This document shows positions 10,027-18,942 of a stretch of DNA of 64,000 nucleotides, piece after piece (positions within the stretch are counted from its first letter, which is position 1; the number at the start of each line of letters is the position of its first letter). The position numbers and the translations under genes were made by a program. Below the pieces are notes generated by a model that was given only the letters and a program-made list of their open reading frames with translations, did no database searches and was not told the origin of the DNA. Source of the stretch: an uncultured Solirubrobacteraceae bacterium (GTDB taxonomy: Bacteria > Actinomycetota > Thermoleophilia > Solirubrobacterales > Solirubrobacteraceae); contig CAWAJG010000003.1 in assembly GCA_963782325.1 (NCBI GenBank), positions 343,737 through 407,736 of the forward strand, in the 5' to 3' direction.

Positions 10027-10323
10027 ATGAGCACGACGAAGGCCTACAAGCAGGAGCGGGAGACGTTCCTGACGAGCTTTGGGGACAACGTTCGCCGCGC
10101 GCGGCTGGCGATGGACCCTCCGTGCTCTCAGGAACGCCTGTCCCACCTCACCCGCCTGCACCGCACCGAGATCGGGAAAATCGAGCAGGGCGAGGTGGAG
10201 CCGCGGCTGAGCACGCTCGTGATCCTCGCGGCGGGTCTCGGCGTGAGCGTCGAGCAGCTCGTGACCGGCCTGTGCGTGCCAAGCGAGCGCCGACCCTCGC
10301 CGCACGCCGGCTCCTGGTCCTAG
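10027..10323 (+). CDS. XRE/Cro-C1 HTH transcriptional regulator
   Basis: FGDNVRRAR...SQERLSHLTRLHRTEIGKIEQGEVEPRLSTLVILAAGLGV. Confidence 0.9.
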   Translation: MSTTKAYKQERETFLTSFGDNVRRARLAMDPPCSQERLSHLTRLHRTEIGKIEQGEVEPRLSTLVILAAGLGVSVEQLVTGLCVPSERRPSPHAGSWS

Positions 10324-10329
10324 ACGGTG

Positions 10330-11526
10330 TCAGCCGGCGGGCGGCCGGTAGACCGTCACGACGGCGGCGCCGCCGAGGCCGATGTTGTGCTGGAGCGCGA
10401 CCTTCGCGCCATCCACCTGCCGGGCGTCGGCCTCTCCGCGCAGCTGCCAGCAGAGCTCGCTGCACTGCGCGAGCCCGGTCGCGCCGAGCGGGTGGCCCTT
10501 GGAGATGAGCCCGCCCGATGGATTGACGACCCAGCGCCCGCCGTAGGTGGTGTCGCGGGCGTCGACGAGCTCGTGGCCGTGGCCCTCCTCGGCGAGGCCG
10601 AGGGCCTCGTAGGTGATGAGCTCGTTCGCGGAGAAGCAGTCGTGCAGCTCGATCACCTGGATTTCATCGGGGGCGACCTGCGCCTCCTCGTAGGCTTTGC
10701 GCGCAGCCTCGGCGCTCATGTCGTAGCCGACGATGCGGATGCAGTCGGCGTCCTCGTCGAAGGTGCTGGCGAGGTCGGTGACCATCGCCTGGCCGGCGAT
10801 CTCGATCGCCTTCTCCCACAGGTCGTGCTCGTCGACGAAGCGCTCGCCGGCGACGACCGCGGCGGCGGCGCCGTCGGAGGTGGGGGAGCACTGCAGCTTG
10901 GTCAGCGGCTCGTGGATCATCTTCGCCCCCTTGATGTCCTCGAGCGAGTACTCGTCCTGGAACTGCGCGTAGGGGTTGTTGACGGAGTGCTTGTGGTTCT
11001 TCCAGCCGATCCACGCGTAGTGCTCGGGCGTGGAGCCGTATTTGTCCATGTGGTCGCGCCCGGCGTTGCCGAACATCTGCGGCGCGAACGGCGACTGCTC
11101 GGGCTCACGCAGCTCGAACATGCGCGTCATGTGCTTGTCCATGGCGGGCGTGCGGTCCGTGTACTTCATGCCCAGCGAGCCGCGCTCCATCTTCTCGAAG
11201 CCGACCGCCAGCGCGCAGTCCACCAGCCCGCCCTTGACCGCCTGGCGCGCGAGGAACAGGGCGCTCGAGCCGGTCGAGCAGTTGTTGTTGACGTTGACCA
11301 CCGGGATGCCCGTGAGCCCGAGCCCGTAGATCGCGCGCTGGCCGTAGGTGGAGTCGCCGTAGCAGTAGCCGGCGTAAGCCTGCTCGATGCTCTCGTAGGG
11401 GATGCCCGCGTCGGCGAGCGCCTTCGATCCGGCCTCCAGCACCCACTCCGGGTAGTCGCCCTCCTTGGTGCCGGGCTTGTCGAACTTCGACATCCCCACC
11501 CCGATAACGAACGTGCGGTTGCTCAT
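10330..11526 (-). CDS. Lipid-transfer protein / SCP-x-type thiolase
   Basis: [18 protein letters not shown] and [10 protein letters not shown] motifs. Confidence 0.93.
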   Translation of the reverse strand: MSNRTFVIGVGMSKFDKPGTKEGDYPEWVLEAGSKALADAGIPYESIEQAYAGYCYGDSTYGQRAIYGLGLTGIPVVNVNNNCSTGSSALFLARQAVKGGLVDCALAVGFEKMERGSLGMKYTDRTPAMDKHMTRMFELREPEQSPFAPQMFGNAGRDHMDKYGSTPEHYAWIGWKNHKHSVNNPYAQFQDEYSLEDIKGAKMIHEPLTKLQCSPTSDGAAAAVVAGERFVDEHDLWEKAIEIAGQAMVTDLASTFDEDADCIRIVGYDMSAEAARKAYEEAQVAPDEIQVIELHDCFSANELITYEALGLAEEGHGHELVDARDTTYGGRWVVNPSGGLISKGHPLGATGLAQCSELCWQLRGEADARQVDGAKVALQHNIGLGGAAVVTVYRPPAG

Positions 11527-11647
11527 CGGCTGCCTCTCTTCTCGCGCCGGTTGGCTGGCCGGCCAGTCGGTTGGAGGAGCAAGCGTAGTGGACGGGCGCC
11601 CGATGCGGCAAGCAGCCGGCGCCCGTCCGGTGCAGCAAGGCGCCGGC

Positions 11648-12172
11648 TCAGGCTGCGCCCTCGTCGGCGAGCAGCTCGGCGAGCAGCTCGGCGAGGCGGT
11701 CGTGCGATTCGGTCAGCCCGCCCTCCATGCCCGAGGCGATCATGCCGTCGCGCTCCTCGGTGGTGTGGAACAGCGAGGTGGTGGTCACCTTCGTGCGCCC
11801 CCCGAGATCCTCGAAGGTGGCGGTCTCGACGATCGCGTGGCCGGGCATGCCATCCCATTCGAAGGTCTGCACGATGCGCTCGGGTGGCGTGACCTCGCGG
11901 TAGACGCCGCGAAAGCCCTGCTCGCGCCCGTCGGGCTCGCGTGCGACGAAGCGCCATTTGCCGCCCGGCCGGACGTCCATCTCGTCGACCGTCGTCGTCA
12001 TCCGCCGGGGACCCCACCACCGAGGGATCGACTGCGGATCGGTGTACGCCGCGTACACCCGCTCGCGCGGCGCGTCGAACACGCGCTCGCTGACTATCTC
12101 GCGATCCGTCGGTGTGGTGAGCGTCGTGCTGCCTGCCATCGTGGCCTCCTGGTCGGTGGTGAGGGTGGTCAT
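11648..12172 (-). CDS. SRPBCC/AHSA1 family protein
   Basis: [25 protein letters not shown]...[15 protein letters not shown] overlap with the ArsR gene. Confidence 0.9.
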   Translation of the reverse strand: MTTLTTDQEATMAGSTTLTTPTDREIVSERVFDAPRERVYAAYTDPQSIPRWWGPRRMTTTVDEMDVRPGGKWRFVAREPDGREQGFRGVYREVTPPERIVQTFEWDGMPGHAIVETATFEDLGGRTKVTTTSLFHTTEERDGMIASGMEGGLTESHDRLAELLAELLADEGAA

Positions 12173-12546
12173 TGCCCTGATCCTTTCCTTCGTTGGGTTT
12201 GGCGCTCCTCGTCTTCGCCCTCCGGGGACGATGCGAGCATCTCTCCGAGCCGCTCGAGGCGCCCGTCGAGCAGCTCCCGGTAGGACTCGATCCAGCGCTC
12301 GACGTCGTCGAGGCGCCGTTCGCCGAGGCTGCAACGCCGCTCGCGGCCGACCTTCTCGCTGCGCAGGAGCCCCGCCCGTTCGAGGACGCGGACGTGCTTC
12401 TTCATGCCCGTCAGCGACATCCCGAACGGCGCGGCGAGGTCGGTGATCGTGGCCTCGCCCAGGCCGAGCCGCTCGAGGATCGTCCTGCGCGTGGGGTCCG
12501 CGAGCGCCCCGAACGCGTCATCGAGTCTCGCCTGATACTGAACCAT
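12169..12546 (-). CDS. ArsR/SmtB family regulator
   Basis: FGALADPTRRTILERL...KHVRVLERAGL; TATACT-N7-ATG start. Confidence 0.92.
   Translation of the reverse strand: MVQYQARLDDAFGALADPTRRTILERLGLGEATITDLAAPFGMSLTGMKKHVRVLERAGLLRSEKVGRERRCSLGERRLDDVERWIESYRELLDGRLERLGEMLASSPEGEDEERQTQRRKGSGQ
12214..12234 (-). repeat. Intragenic palindromic element copy (ASSPEGE) in the ArsR tail
   Basis: GCATCGTCCCCGGAGGGCGAA. Confidence 0.7.
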
Positions 12547-12665
12547 CTAGTTCAGTATAGCAGGCGTTCGTAGCGGCGACCCGCGCGGGCGGGGTCGGCG
12601 GCGCGACCCGGTGAGATCGGGCGGGCGGGCGACGGGCGAGGCGGGCGGCGCTTGCGCCGGCGGGC

Positions 12666-13907
12666 TCAGAGCAGGTGCGAGAGGCGCCAGCCGAGCGAGG
12701 GACCGGCGAGCGCGTGGGTGGCCACCGCCACCGTCGAGGCCGGGGCGGCGGTGCCGGCGAGGCTGACCCGCGCGAGCGTCTGTCCCGAGCGCAGCCGGGT
12801 TCCGGAGCGTCGAACGGCGACGTCCACGCGCACGGTCAGCCCGCCCCAGCCGAGCGCGCGCAACGCGCCGGCGCTCGCCGCGGTCGTGTGCCGCCCGTCG
12901 GCGGCGCTGACGCCGAGCACGCGCGAGCCGGCGGGGAGGAGCGTCTCCACGCGCAGCGCCGCGGCGACCGAGTCGCCGAGCCTCTGGGCGCTGGCGAGCG
13001 CGGCTTCGACGAGCGCGCCCGCGCGCTGGCCGAGCACGACGCCGAGCACCGTCGCCGGCAGCCCGGCGACGGTGGTGCGCTTGGCGAACATCAGGCATCC
13101 GCCGGCGGCGCTGTCCGAGCCGGTCTTTACGCCCACGTAGCCGTCCTGGCCGACGAGCGCGTTGTAGTTGGCGATGCGACCGACCAGCGGGAGCACGGCC
13201 GAGCGCTCGTCGACGAGCGCCGCGAAGGCCGGCAGGAGCATGGCCGCCCGCGCGAGCTTCAGCTGGTCGGCGGCCGTCGAGACGGTCGTCGTCTGGTAGC
13301 CGCTCGGGTCGGTGTAGGTGGTCGAGCCCATGCCCAGCCGGCGGGCGGTCGCGTTCATGCGCGCGACGAACGCGGCCATGCCTCCCTCGCGCGCGGCGAG
13401 CAGCGCGGCGATGTTGTTGGCGGAGGGCAGCAGCAGCGCCTGCAGCGCCTGGCGCTCGCTGATCCGCTCGCCGCTGCGCACGGGCAGGACCGACTGGTCG
13501 AGCTCCTCGCGCTCGCCCTCTTCGGCGGCCTGCGCGCGGGTGATCGTCAGCTCGAAGCCGCTTTCGCCGGGGCCGAGCGGGTGCGCGAGCAGCGTGAGGT
13601 AGGCGGTCATCGCCTTCGCGATGCTCGCTATCGGCACGGGCGCTTCGTCCCCCGCGCGGGCGCTCGCGCCGGCGACGCCCTCGACTTCCACGGCGGCCTG
13701 CCCTTCGCGCGGCCAGGCGAACGCGGGCGGGCTCCCGGGCAGGCGCACGGAGGCTGGCGCCTCGCGGCGGATCCGCAGGGGCGGGGCCGCCTCGGTGGCG
13801 GCTCGCGAGGCGACCGCCACGAGCACCGCCGGCAGGACGAGCGCGAGCACGCCGGCAGCTCGCCGCCCCGAGCGCGCCCGCAGTCGATGCATCGGCGCCA
13901 GCCGCAC
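12666..13907 (-). CDS. D-alanyl-D-alanine carboxypeptidase (S11)
   Basis: SIAK (SxxK), SAN (SxN) and KTG motifs; N-terminal hydrophobic segment. Confidence 0.9.
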   Translation of the reverse strand: MRLAPMHRLRARSGRRAAGVLALVLPAVLVAVASRAATEAAPPLRIRREAPASVRLPGSPPAFAWPREGQAAVEVEGVAGASARAGDEAPVPIASIAKAMTAYLTLLAHPLGPGESGFELTITRAQAAEEGEREELDQSVLPVRSGERISERQALQALLLPSANNIAALLAAREGGMAAFVARMNATARRLGMGSTTYTDPSGYQTTTVSTAADQLKLARAAMLLPAFAALVDERSAVLPLVGRIANYNALVGQDGYVGVKTGSDSAAGGCLMFAKRTTVAGLPATVLGVVLGQRAGALVEAALASAQRLGDSVAAALRVETLLPAGSRVLGVSAADGRHTTAASAGALRALGWGGLTVRVDVAVRRSGTRLRSGQTLARVSLAGTAAPASTVAVATHALAGPSLGWRLSHLL

Positions 13908-13941
13908 AGCCTCGGGACGCTAGCGCAGGCGGCCTGCGATC

Positions 13942-14523
13942 ATGTCCACTCGCCCGATGGCTCGCCTGCCGCCACTGGACCCAGCCGACGCCGAGCCGTC
14001 CGTGCGCTCGGCGCTCGAGCGCCTGCCGCCGCTGGCGATCTTCTCGACGGTGGCCAACGCGCAGGGGACGTTCGTCAACTGGCTGCGCTTCGGCGGCGAC
14101 TGCCTGGACCCGCGCTGGTTCGATCCCGTGCTGCGCGAGCTCGCCATCCTGCGCGTCGCCCGGCTTACCCCCGGGGCGGAATACGAGTGGGTCCAGCACG
14201 TGCCGATACTGCTCGCCGTCGGCGGCAGCGACGCCCAGGTCGCGGCGCTCGAAGCCGACGAAATCGAGGCGGACGCGCTCGGCGAGGATGGGCGCCTGGT
14301 GGTGCGCTTCACCACCCAGGTCGTCCACGACGCGACGCCCGACGACGAGACGTTCGCGGCGATGAGCGCCCGCTTCACTCCCGCGGAGATCGTCCAGCTG
14401 CTGCTCGTGATCGGCCAGTACATGACGGTCGCCCGCGTGATGGCCACGGCCCAGCTCGAGGTCGACGCCGTCCTCGGCGCCGACGTGCTCGCCGGCATCG
14501 AACGCCGCAGCCGCCACGGTTAG
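13942..14523 (+). CDS. Carboxymuconolactone decarboxylase/AhpD-like protein
   Basis: LRELAILRVA...AEYEWVQH motif. Confidence 0.85.
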   Translation: MSTRPMARLPPLDPADAEPSVRSALERLPPLAIFSTVANAQGTFVNWLRFGGDCLDPRWFDPVLRELAILRVARLTPGAEYEWVQHVPILLAVGGSDAQVAALEADEIEADALGEDGRLVVRFTTQVVHDATPDDETFAAMSARFTPAEIVQLLLVIGQYMTVARVMATAQLEVDAVLGADVLAGIERRSRHG

Positions 14524-14585
14524 CGCGCGCCGGCGGTGACGGCCGCGTGGGTGGTTGTCGAGAGCGGGTCCGATTCCCGCGTCGC

Positions 14586-14822
14586 TCACCCGGATTCCCG
14601 CAGCGCCTCATCCAGCGACACCGTGCGGCCGGCCGCTAGGTCGGACCTGCCTTCCGCCGCCGCGGCCTCATCGTCCTCGGTCCACGGCTCATCGTCGGGC
14701 AAAGCGTCGCGGAAGGCCGCGATCACTGGATCGACGCGCAGGTCCAGCAGGCGCAGCGCCTCGCCGGCCTCCTCCTCGGACAAGGTCTCGATGCGCTCCC
14801 GCAGTTGCTCCTTCGCAGTCAT
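14586..14822 (-). CDS. Probable orphan antitoxin
   Basis: 78 aa acidic protein MTAKEQLRERIETL...EGRSDLAAGRTVSLDEAL with an addiction-module-like C-terminus. TACCGT -10 upstream; no toxin follows. Confidence 0.65.
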   Translation of the reverse strand: MTAKEQLRERIETLSEEEAGEALRLLDLRVDPVIAAFRDALPDDEPWTEDDEAAAAEGRSDLAAGRTVSLDEALRESG

Positions 14823-14843
14823 CACCACGAAACGGTAGCGCTC

Positions 14844-14964
14844 CTCGACGTCCTCATCCTCGACACTGACGACGATCGTCAGTTTGGCGTCGGGATTGCC
14901 GAAATGGGCCTCGATGTCGCGTGGGTCGACCGCTGTCAGGTCGGCAGCGAAATCGCCGGGCTGG
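14844..14964 (-). pseudogene. Fragment of an antitoxin paralogous to 40281-40508
   Basis: QPGDFAADLTAVDPRDIEAHFGNPDAKLTIVVSVEDED matches 40313-40433. Confidence 0.8.
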
Positions 14965-14968
14965 TGGG

Positions 14969-15781
14969 TCAGTGCGCGCCGGCGGTGACGGCCGCGTGGG
15001 TGCGCGCGCGGATGACGGCGGCGACGGCGGCGGGGTCGTCGAAGAACGGGATGTGCCCGGCGCCGAGCGTCACGTGGGTGGCCCACGGCAGCATCGCCCG
15101 CGCGCGCGGCGCCTGCAGGCGGTAGGGGAGCAGCCAGTCGCGCCTGCCCCAGGCGATCGTCACGGGCGTGCTGCGCAGCTGCTCGCCGCCGGCGAAGCTG
15201 TAGCGGCCGAAGGCGTCGAGCGTCCCCGCCATCGCCGGTGAGGCCCACACGTCCCTGAGCGTGTCCACCGCCTCCTCGGCGGGCATCCGCGTGGGGTAGC
15301 CGAAGGTCTGCCAGAACAGCGCCGTGCGCCCGCTTGGGGTGCGCGCGAGCGCCTCGATCGCCGGCCTCAGTGCACGCGGTGTGCGCATGGGGATCCGCAG
15401 CGACTGCTGGCAGTAGCGTCGCTCGGGCACCGTCCAGAAGCCAGCGGGGGAGAACGCGCTGACCGAGCGAACCGCTCGCCCGCGGGCGAGCTCGAGCGCG
15501 ATCGCCCCGCCCATCGAGCTGCCCGCCACGTGCGGGCGCTCGAGGCCGAGCTCGGCGAGGAACCACTCGAACGCGTCCGCGTACGCAGGGATCGTCGGCT
15601 CGATGCCCGCCGACAGCGGCGACGAGCGCCCGAAGCCGGGGGAGTCGCAGGCGATCACGTCGAACTCGTCGACGAGGAGCTCGATCACCGGCCGCCACGC
15701 CTGCCAGTGGTGGCCGACGCCGTGGAGCAGGACCAGCGGCGGGCCCTCGCCTTCGCGGTGGTAGTTGATCGACAGGCTCAC
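14969..15781 (-). CDS. Alpha/beta hydrolase (esterase-like)
   Basis: LVLLHG, GSSMGG nucleophile elbow, AGHIPF. Confidence 0.92.
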   Translation of the reverse strand: MSLSINYHREGEGPPLVLLHGVGHHWQAWRPVIELLVDEFDVIACDSPGFGRSSPLSAGIEPTIPAYADAFEWFLAELGLERPHVAGSSMGGAIALELARGRAVRSVSAFSPAGFWTVPERRYCQQSLRIPMRTPRALRPAIEALARTPSGRTALFWQTFGYPTRMPAEEAVDTLRDVWASPAMAGTLDAFGRYSFAGGEQLRSTPVTIAWGRRDWLLPYRLQAPRARAMLPWATHVTLGAGHIPFFDDPAAVAAVIRARTHAAVTAGAH

Positions 15782-15841
15782 GGTCGCTCTCTCATTCGGA
15801 GCCTCTCGCCGGCTCGCCGCCGGGCGCCGCGCGGCGGGCGC

Positions 15842-17422
15842 TCACGCCAGTCCCCTGATCAGGGCGGCGCCGCGCTCGGCGATCATGATCGTCGGTGCGT
15901 TGGTGTTGCCTCCGGTGATCGTGGGCATGATCGAGGCGTCGATCACGCGCAGGCCCTCGATGCCGTGCACGCGCAGGTGCGAGTCGACCACCGCCTGCGG
16001 GTGGGTGTCGCTCATCCTGGCTGTGCCGACGGGGTGGTAGATCAGCATCAGGCGCCGGCGCAGATCCGCTTCGAGGTCGCCGTCCTCGACGGTGGCGGCT
16101 CCCGGCTTGAGCTCCTCGACGACGATCTCGCGCAGCGGGTCCTGCTCGGCGATCGCACGCGCCAGGCGCATCCCGTCGAGCAGCGAGCGCACGTCGTCGG
16201 GCTCGGAGAGCGTGTTGGTGACGATCCGCGGCTTGTCGGTGGGGTCGGCCGAGCGCAGCCACACCTGCCCCCGCGCCTGCGGTGAGACGAGCGTCGGCGC
16301 GATCACCATGCAGTGTCCGTCGTAGGTCTCCGCGCCGTGGTCTTCGTAGTAGGCCGCGCCCATGTGGAACTGGATGTCGGCCGCCGGCAGGCCGCCGCGC
16401 GTGCGCGTGAACGCCACCACCTCGGCGACGGTCGAGCTGAGCTTGCCCGAGCGGCGCAGCAGCCACTCCGCGAGCGCCTTCGGCCCGTCGGCGCCATACA
16501 GCGTCTTGTTGTCCGCGACCTCCCAGATGATCGTCACGAACGGGTGGTCCTGGAGATTGCGCCCGACGCCCGGCAGCTCGTGCCGGGCGCTCACGCCCGC
16601 CCCGCGCAGCTCCTCGCCGGCGCCGACGCCCGACAGCAGCAGCAGCTGCGGCGAGCCGATCGCCCCGGCGCTCAGCAGCACCTCGCGCCCGGCGCCCACG
16701 AGCTCCTCGCCGCGGCGTCCGCGGCGCACGCGCACGCCGGCGGCGCGCTCGCCGTCGAGCTCGATCCCCAGCGCGGTGACGTTCGTGCGCACCTCCAGGT
16801 TCGGGCGCCCCAGCGCCGGGCGCAGGTAGGCGTCGGCGGCGGAGAAGCGCCGGCCGTTTCGCTGTGTCACCTGGAACACCGACACGCCGTCCTGCTCGGG
16901 CCCGTTGTAGTCGGCGATCCGCGGGATCCCCGCCGCCTCGCTCGCCGCCAAGAGGCGCGCGTTCAGCGGTCGCGGCGAGCGCTGCTCGGCGACGTGCAGC
17001 GGTCCGCCGGCGCCGTGGTACTCGGACTGGCCGCGGACGTTGTCCTCGGCCTTCACGAAGTACGGCAGGACGCTCGCGTAGCCCCAGCCGGGTGCCCCCT
17101 GCGCCTCCCAGCCGTCGTAGTCGAGCGGACGGCCGCGGACGTAGAGCATCGCGTTCATCGAGCTGGAGCCGCCGAGCGCCTTGCCGCGGGGCATGTACAG
17201 GCAGCGGCCGTCCACGTGCGGCTCGGGCTCGGTCGCGAAGTCCCAGTCGAGCTTCGTGTGGAACTGCTGCGCGAACGCCGCCGGGATCTTGATCTTCGGC
17301 GAGCGGTCGCGGCCGCCGGCCTCCAGCAGCAGCACACGCATCGACGGGTCCTCGGAGAGGCGGTTGGCGAGCACGCACCCGGCGGAGCCGGCGCCGACGA
17401 TCACGTAGTCGTAAGCGCTCAT
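15842..17422 (-). CDS. GMC family oxidoreductase (choline/alcohol dehydrogenase-like)
   Basis: YDYVIVGAGSAGC, RGKALGGSSSMN, YHPVGT and GGNTNAPTIMIAER motifs. Confidence 0.95.
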   Translation of the reverse strand: MSAYDYVIVGAGSAGCVLANRLSEDPSMRVLLLEAGGRDRSPKIKIPAAFAQQFHTKLDWDFATEPEPHVDGRCLYMPRGKALGGSSSMNAMLYVRGRPLDYDGWEAQGAPGWGYASVLPYFVKAEDNVRGQSEYHGAGGPLHVAEQRSPRPLNARLLAASEAAGIPRIADYNGPEQDGVSVFQVTQRNGRRFSAADAYLRPALGRPNLEVRTNVTALGIELDGERAAGVRVRRGRRGEELVGAGREVLLSAGAIGSPQLLLLSGVGAGEELRGAGVSARHELPGVGRNLQDHPFVTIIWEVADNKTLYGADGPKALAEWLLRRSGKLSSTVAEVVAFTRTRGGLPAADIQFHMGAAYYEDHGAETYDGHCMVIAPTLVSPQARGQVWLRSADPTDKPRIVTNTLSEPDDVRSLLDGMRLARAIAEQDPLREIVVEELKPGAATVEDGDLEADLRRRLMLIYHPVGTARMSDTHPQAVVDSHLRVHGIEGLRVIDASIMPTITGGNTNAPTIMIAERGAALIRGLA

Positions 17423-18930
17423 GCGGGCACGCGGTCCCCCTCCGGGGACAATGCGGGGAGGGGCGCGAAGCGGTACTCGGCGGCGTCCATCGCGGCGGTC
17501 CGCTGCAGGTACTCGCGCATGTACCCCGGCCAGTTCGCGACGATGCGCCCGCGCTCGTCGCGATACCACGAGTCGCAGCGCGTCCACGCGGTCCCCGCGA
17601 AGCGGGCCTGCAGCTCGCGGTCGCTGGCCGCCTCCACCTCCTCGCGAACCTCGATCGCGCCGGCGCCGCGGCGGCGCAGTTGCTGCAGCGCCTGGCGCAC
17701 GTACGCGGCCTGGGTCTCCAGGTAGACGATGATCGAGCCGCCCGAGGTGTTCGTGTTGGGGCCGTACATCAGGAACATGTTCGGGAAGCCGGGGACGCAG
17801 ATCCCCAGGTGCGCGTGCGCGCCCTGCGCCCAGCACTCCTGCAGCTCGAGGCCGTCGGCGCCGGTGACGCGCATCGGGAACATGAAGTCGTTGGTCTTGA
17901 AGCCCGTCGCCCAGATCACGCAGTCGAGCTCGTGCGTGGCACCGGCGCCGGTGACGATGCCCGCGGGGGTCATCCCGGCGATCTGCTCGGTGACGACATC
18001 GACGTTCTCGCGTTCCAGCGCCGGCAGGTAGTGGGAGCTGAAGAGGATGCGCTTGCACCCGAACGTGTAGTCCGGCCACACCTTCGCCCGCAGCGCCGGG
18101 TCCTTCAGCTGCGAGCGCATGAACGCGGCCGAGCGCGCCGCGCCGACGCGCCCGATCGTGCTCGGGTGGCGGATCGCCAGCGTCAGCGACTCGGCGTACT
18201 CGAAGATGTACCTTCGCCGCAGCGCCTGCAGGCCGGGGACCAGTTCGATCGCGGCCTTCACCGCCGCGTTGTAGCGGCGGTTGTGGCGCGGCAGGAACCA
18301 GTTGCCGGTGCGCTGGAAGACGGTCAGCCGCTTCGCCAGCGGCGCGATCTCCGGGACGAGCTGCACCGCGCTCGCGCCCGTGCCGACGACCGCCACGCGC
18401 TTGCCCGCCAGCGCGTAGCCGTGATCCCACTCGGCCGAGTGGAAGCTGTGGCCGGCGAAGTCCGCGGCGCCCTCGATGCGCGGCACCGACGGCTGGTCGA
18501 GCTGACCCGTCGCCACGATCAGCGCGTCGGCCTCGTGGCTCGAGCCGTCGTCCGTCTGCACGCTCCAGCGGCAGCGCTCGGCGTTCCAGGTGCAGGCGGT
18601 CACGGTGGTGCTCGTCTGCACCAGCCGATCGACGCCGTACGTGCGGGCGACGTCGTGCAGGTAGGCGTGGATCTCCGCCTGCGGCGAGCACAGCCGCGAC
18701 CAGTCGCGGCGCTGCGCATACGAGAACGAGTACAGGTGGCTGGGGACGTCGCACGCCGCCCCCGGATAGCTGTTGTAGAACCACGTCCCGCCGAGGTCCG
18801 GCGCCTTCTCCAGGATCGTCACGTCGCCGATCCCGTGCCGGCGCAGCTCGATCGCCGCGGCGATCCCGCCGAAGCCCGCGCCAACGATCACCACCTCGGG
18901 GCCGCGTTTCGAGGACGTCGGCGCACTCAT
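17419..18930 (-). CDS. Baeyer-Villiger-type flavin monooxygenase
   Basis: GAGFGG, GGTWFYNSYPGAACD, FAGHSFHSAEWD (FxGxxxHxxxW) and GTGASA motifs. Confidence 0.93.
   Translation of the reverse strand: MSAPTSSKRGPEVVIVGAGFGGIAAAIELRRHGIGDVTILEKAPDLGGTWFYNSYPGAACDVPSHLYSFSYAQRRDWSRLCSPQAEIHAYLHDVARTYGVDRLVQTSTTVTACTWNAERCRWSVQTDDGSSHEADALIVATGQLDQPSVPRIEGAADFAGHSFHSAEWDHGYALAGKRVAVVGTGASAVQLVPEIAPLAKRLTVFQRTGNWFLPRHNRRYNAAVKAAIELVPGLQALRRRYIFEYAESLTLAIRHPSTIGRVGAARSAAFMRSQLKDPALRAKVWPDYTFGCKRILFSSHYLPALERENVDVVTEQIAGMTPAGIVTGAGATHELDCVIWATGFKTNDFMFPMRVTGADGLELQECWAQGAHAHLGICVPGFPNMFLMYGPNTNTSGGSIIVYLETQAAYVRQALQQLRRRGAGAIEVREEVEAASDRELQARFAGTAWTRCDSWYRDERGRIVANWPGYMREYLQRTAAMDAAEYRFAPLPALSPEGDRVPA
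17434..17454 (-). repeat. Intragenic palindromic element copy (ALSPEGD) in the BVMO tail
   Basis: GCATTGTCCCCGGAGGGGGAC. Confidence 0.7.
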
Positions 18931-18942
18931 GCTCGGGTGCTC

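Larger units (their letters stand above)
14525..15002. repeat. 29-bp direct repeat (14525-14553 and 14974-15002) flanking a TA-remnant insert
   Basis: GCGCGCCGGCGGTGACGGCCGCGTGGGTG occurs twice and equals the 3' end of the hydrolase gene. Confidence 0.85.

Noticed and set aside
14564-14580. GCGGGTCCGATTCCCGC as a tRNA T-arm scar
   Set aside because: The loop lacks the canonical TTC, and GATTCCCGC also occurs in the adjacent antitoxin end, so local duplication or chance is as likely.
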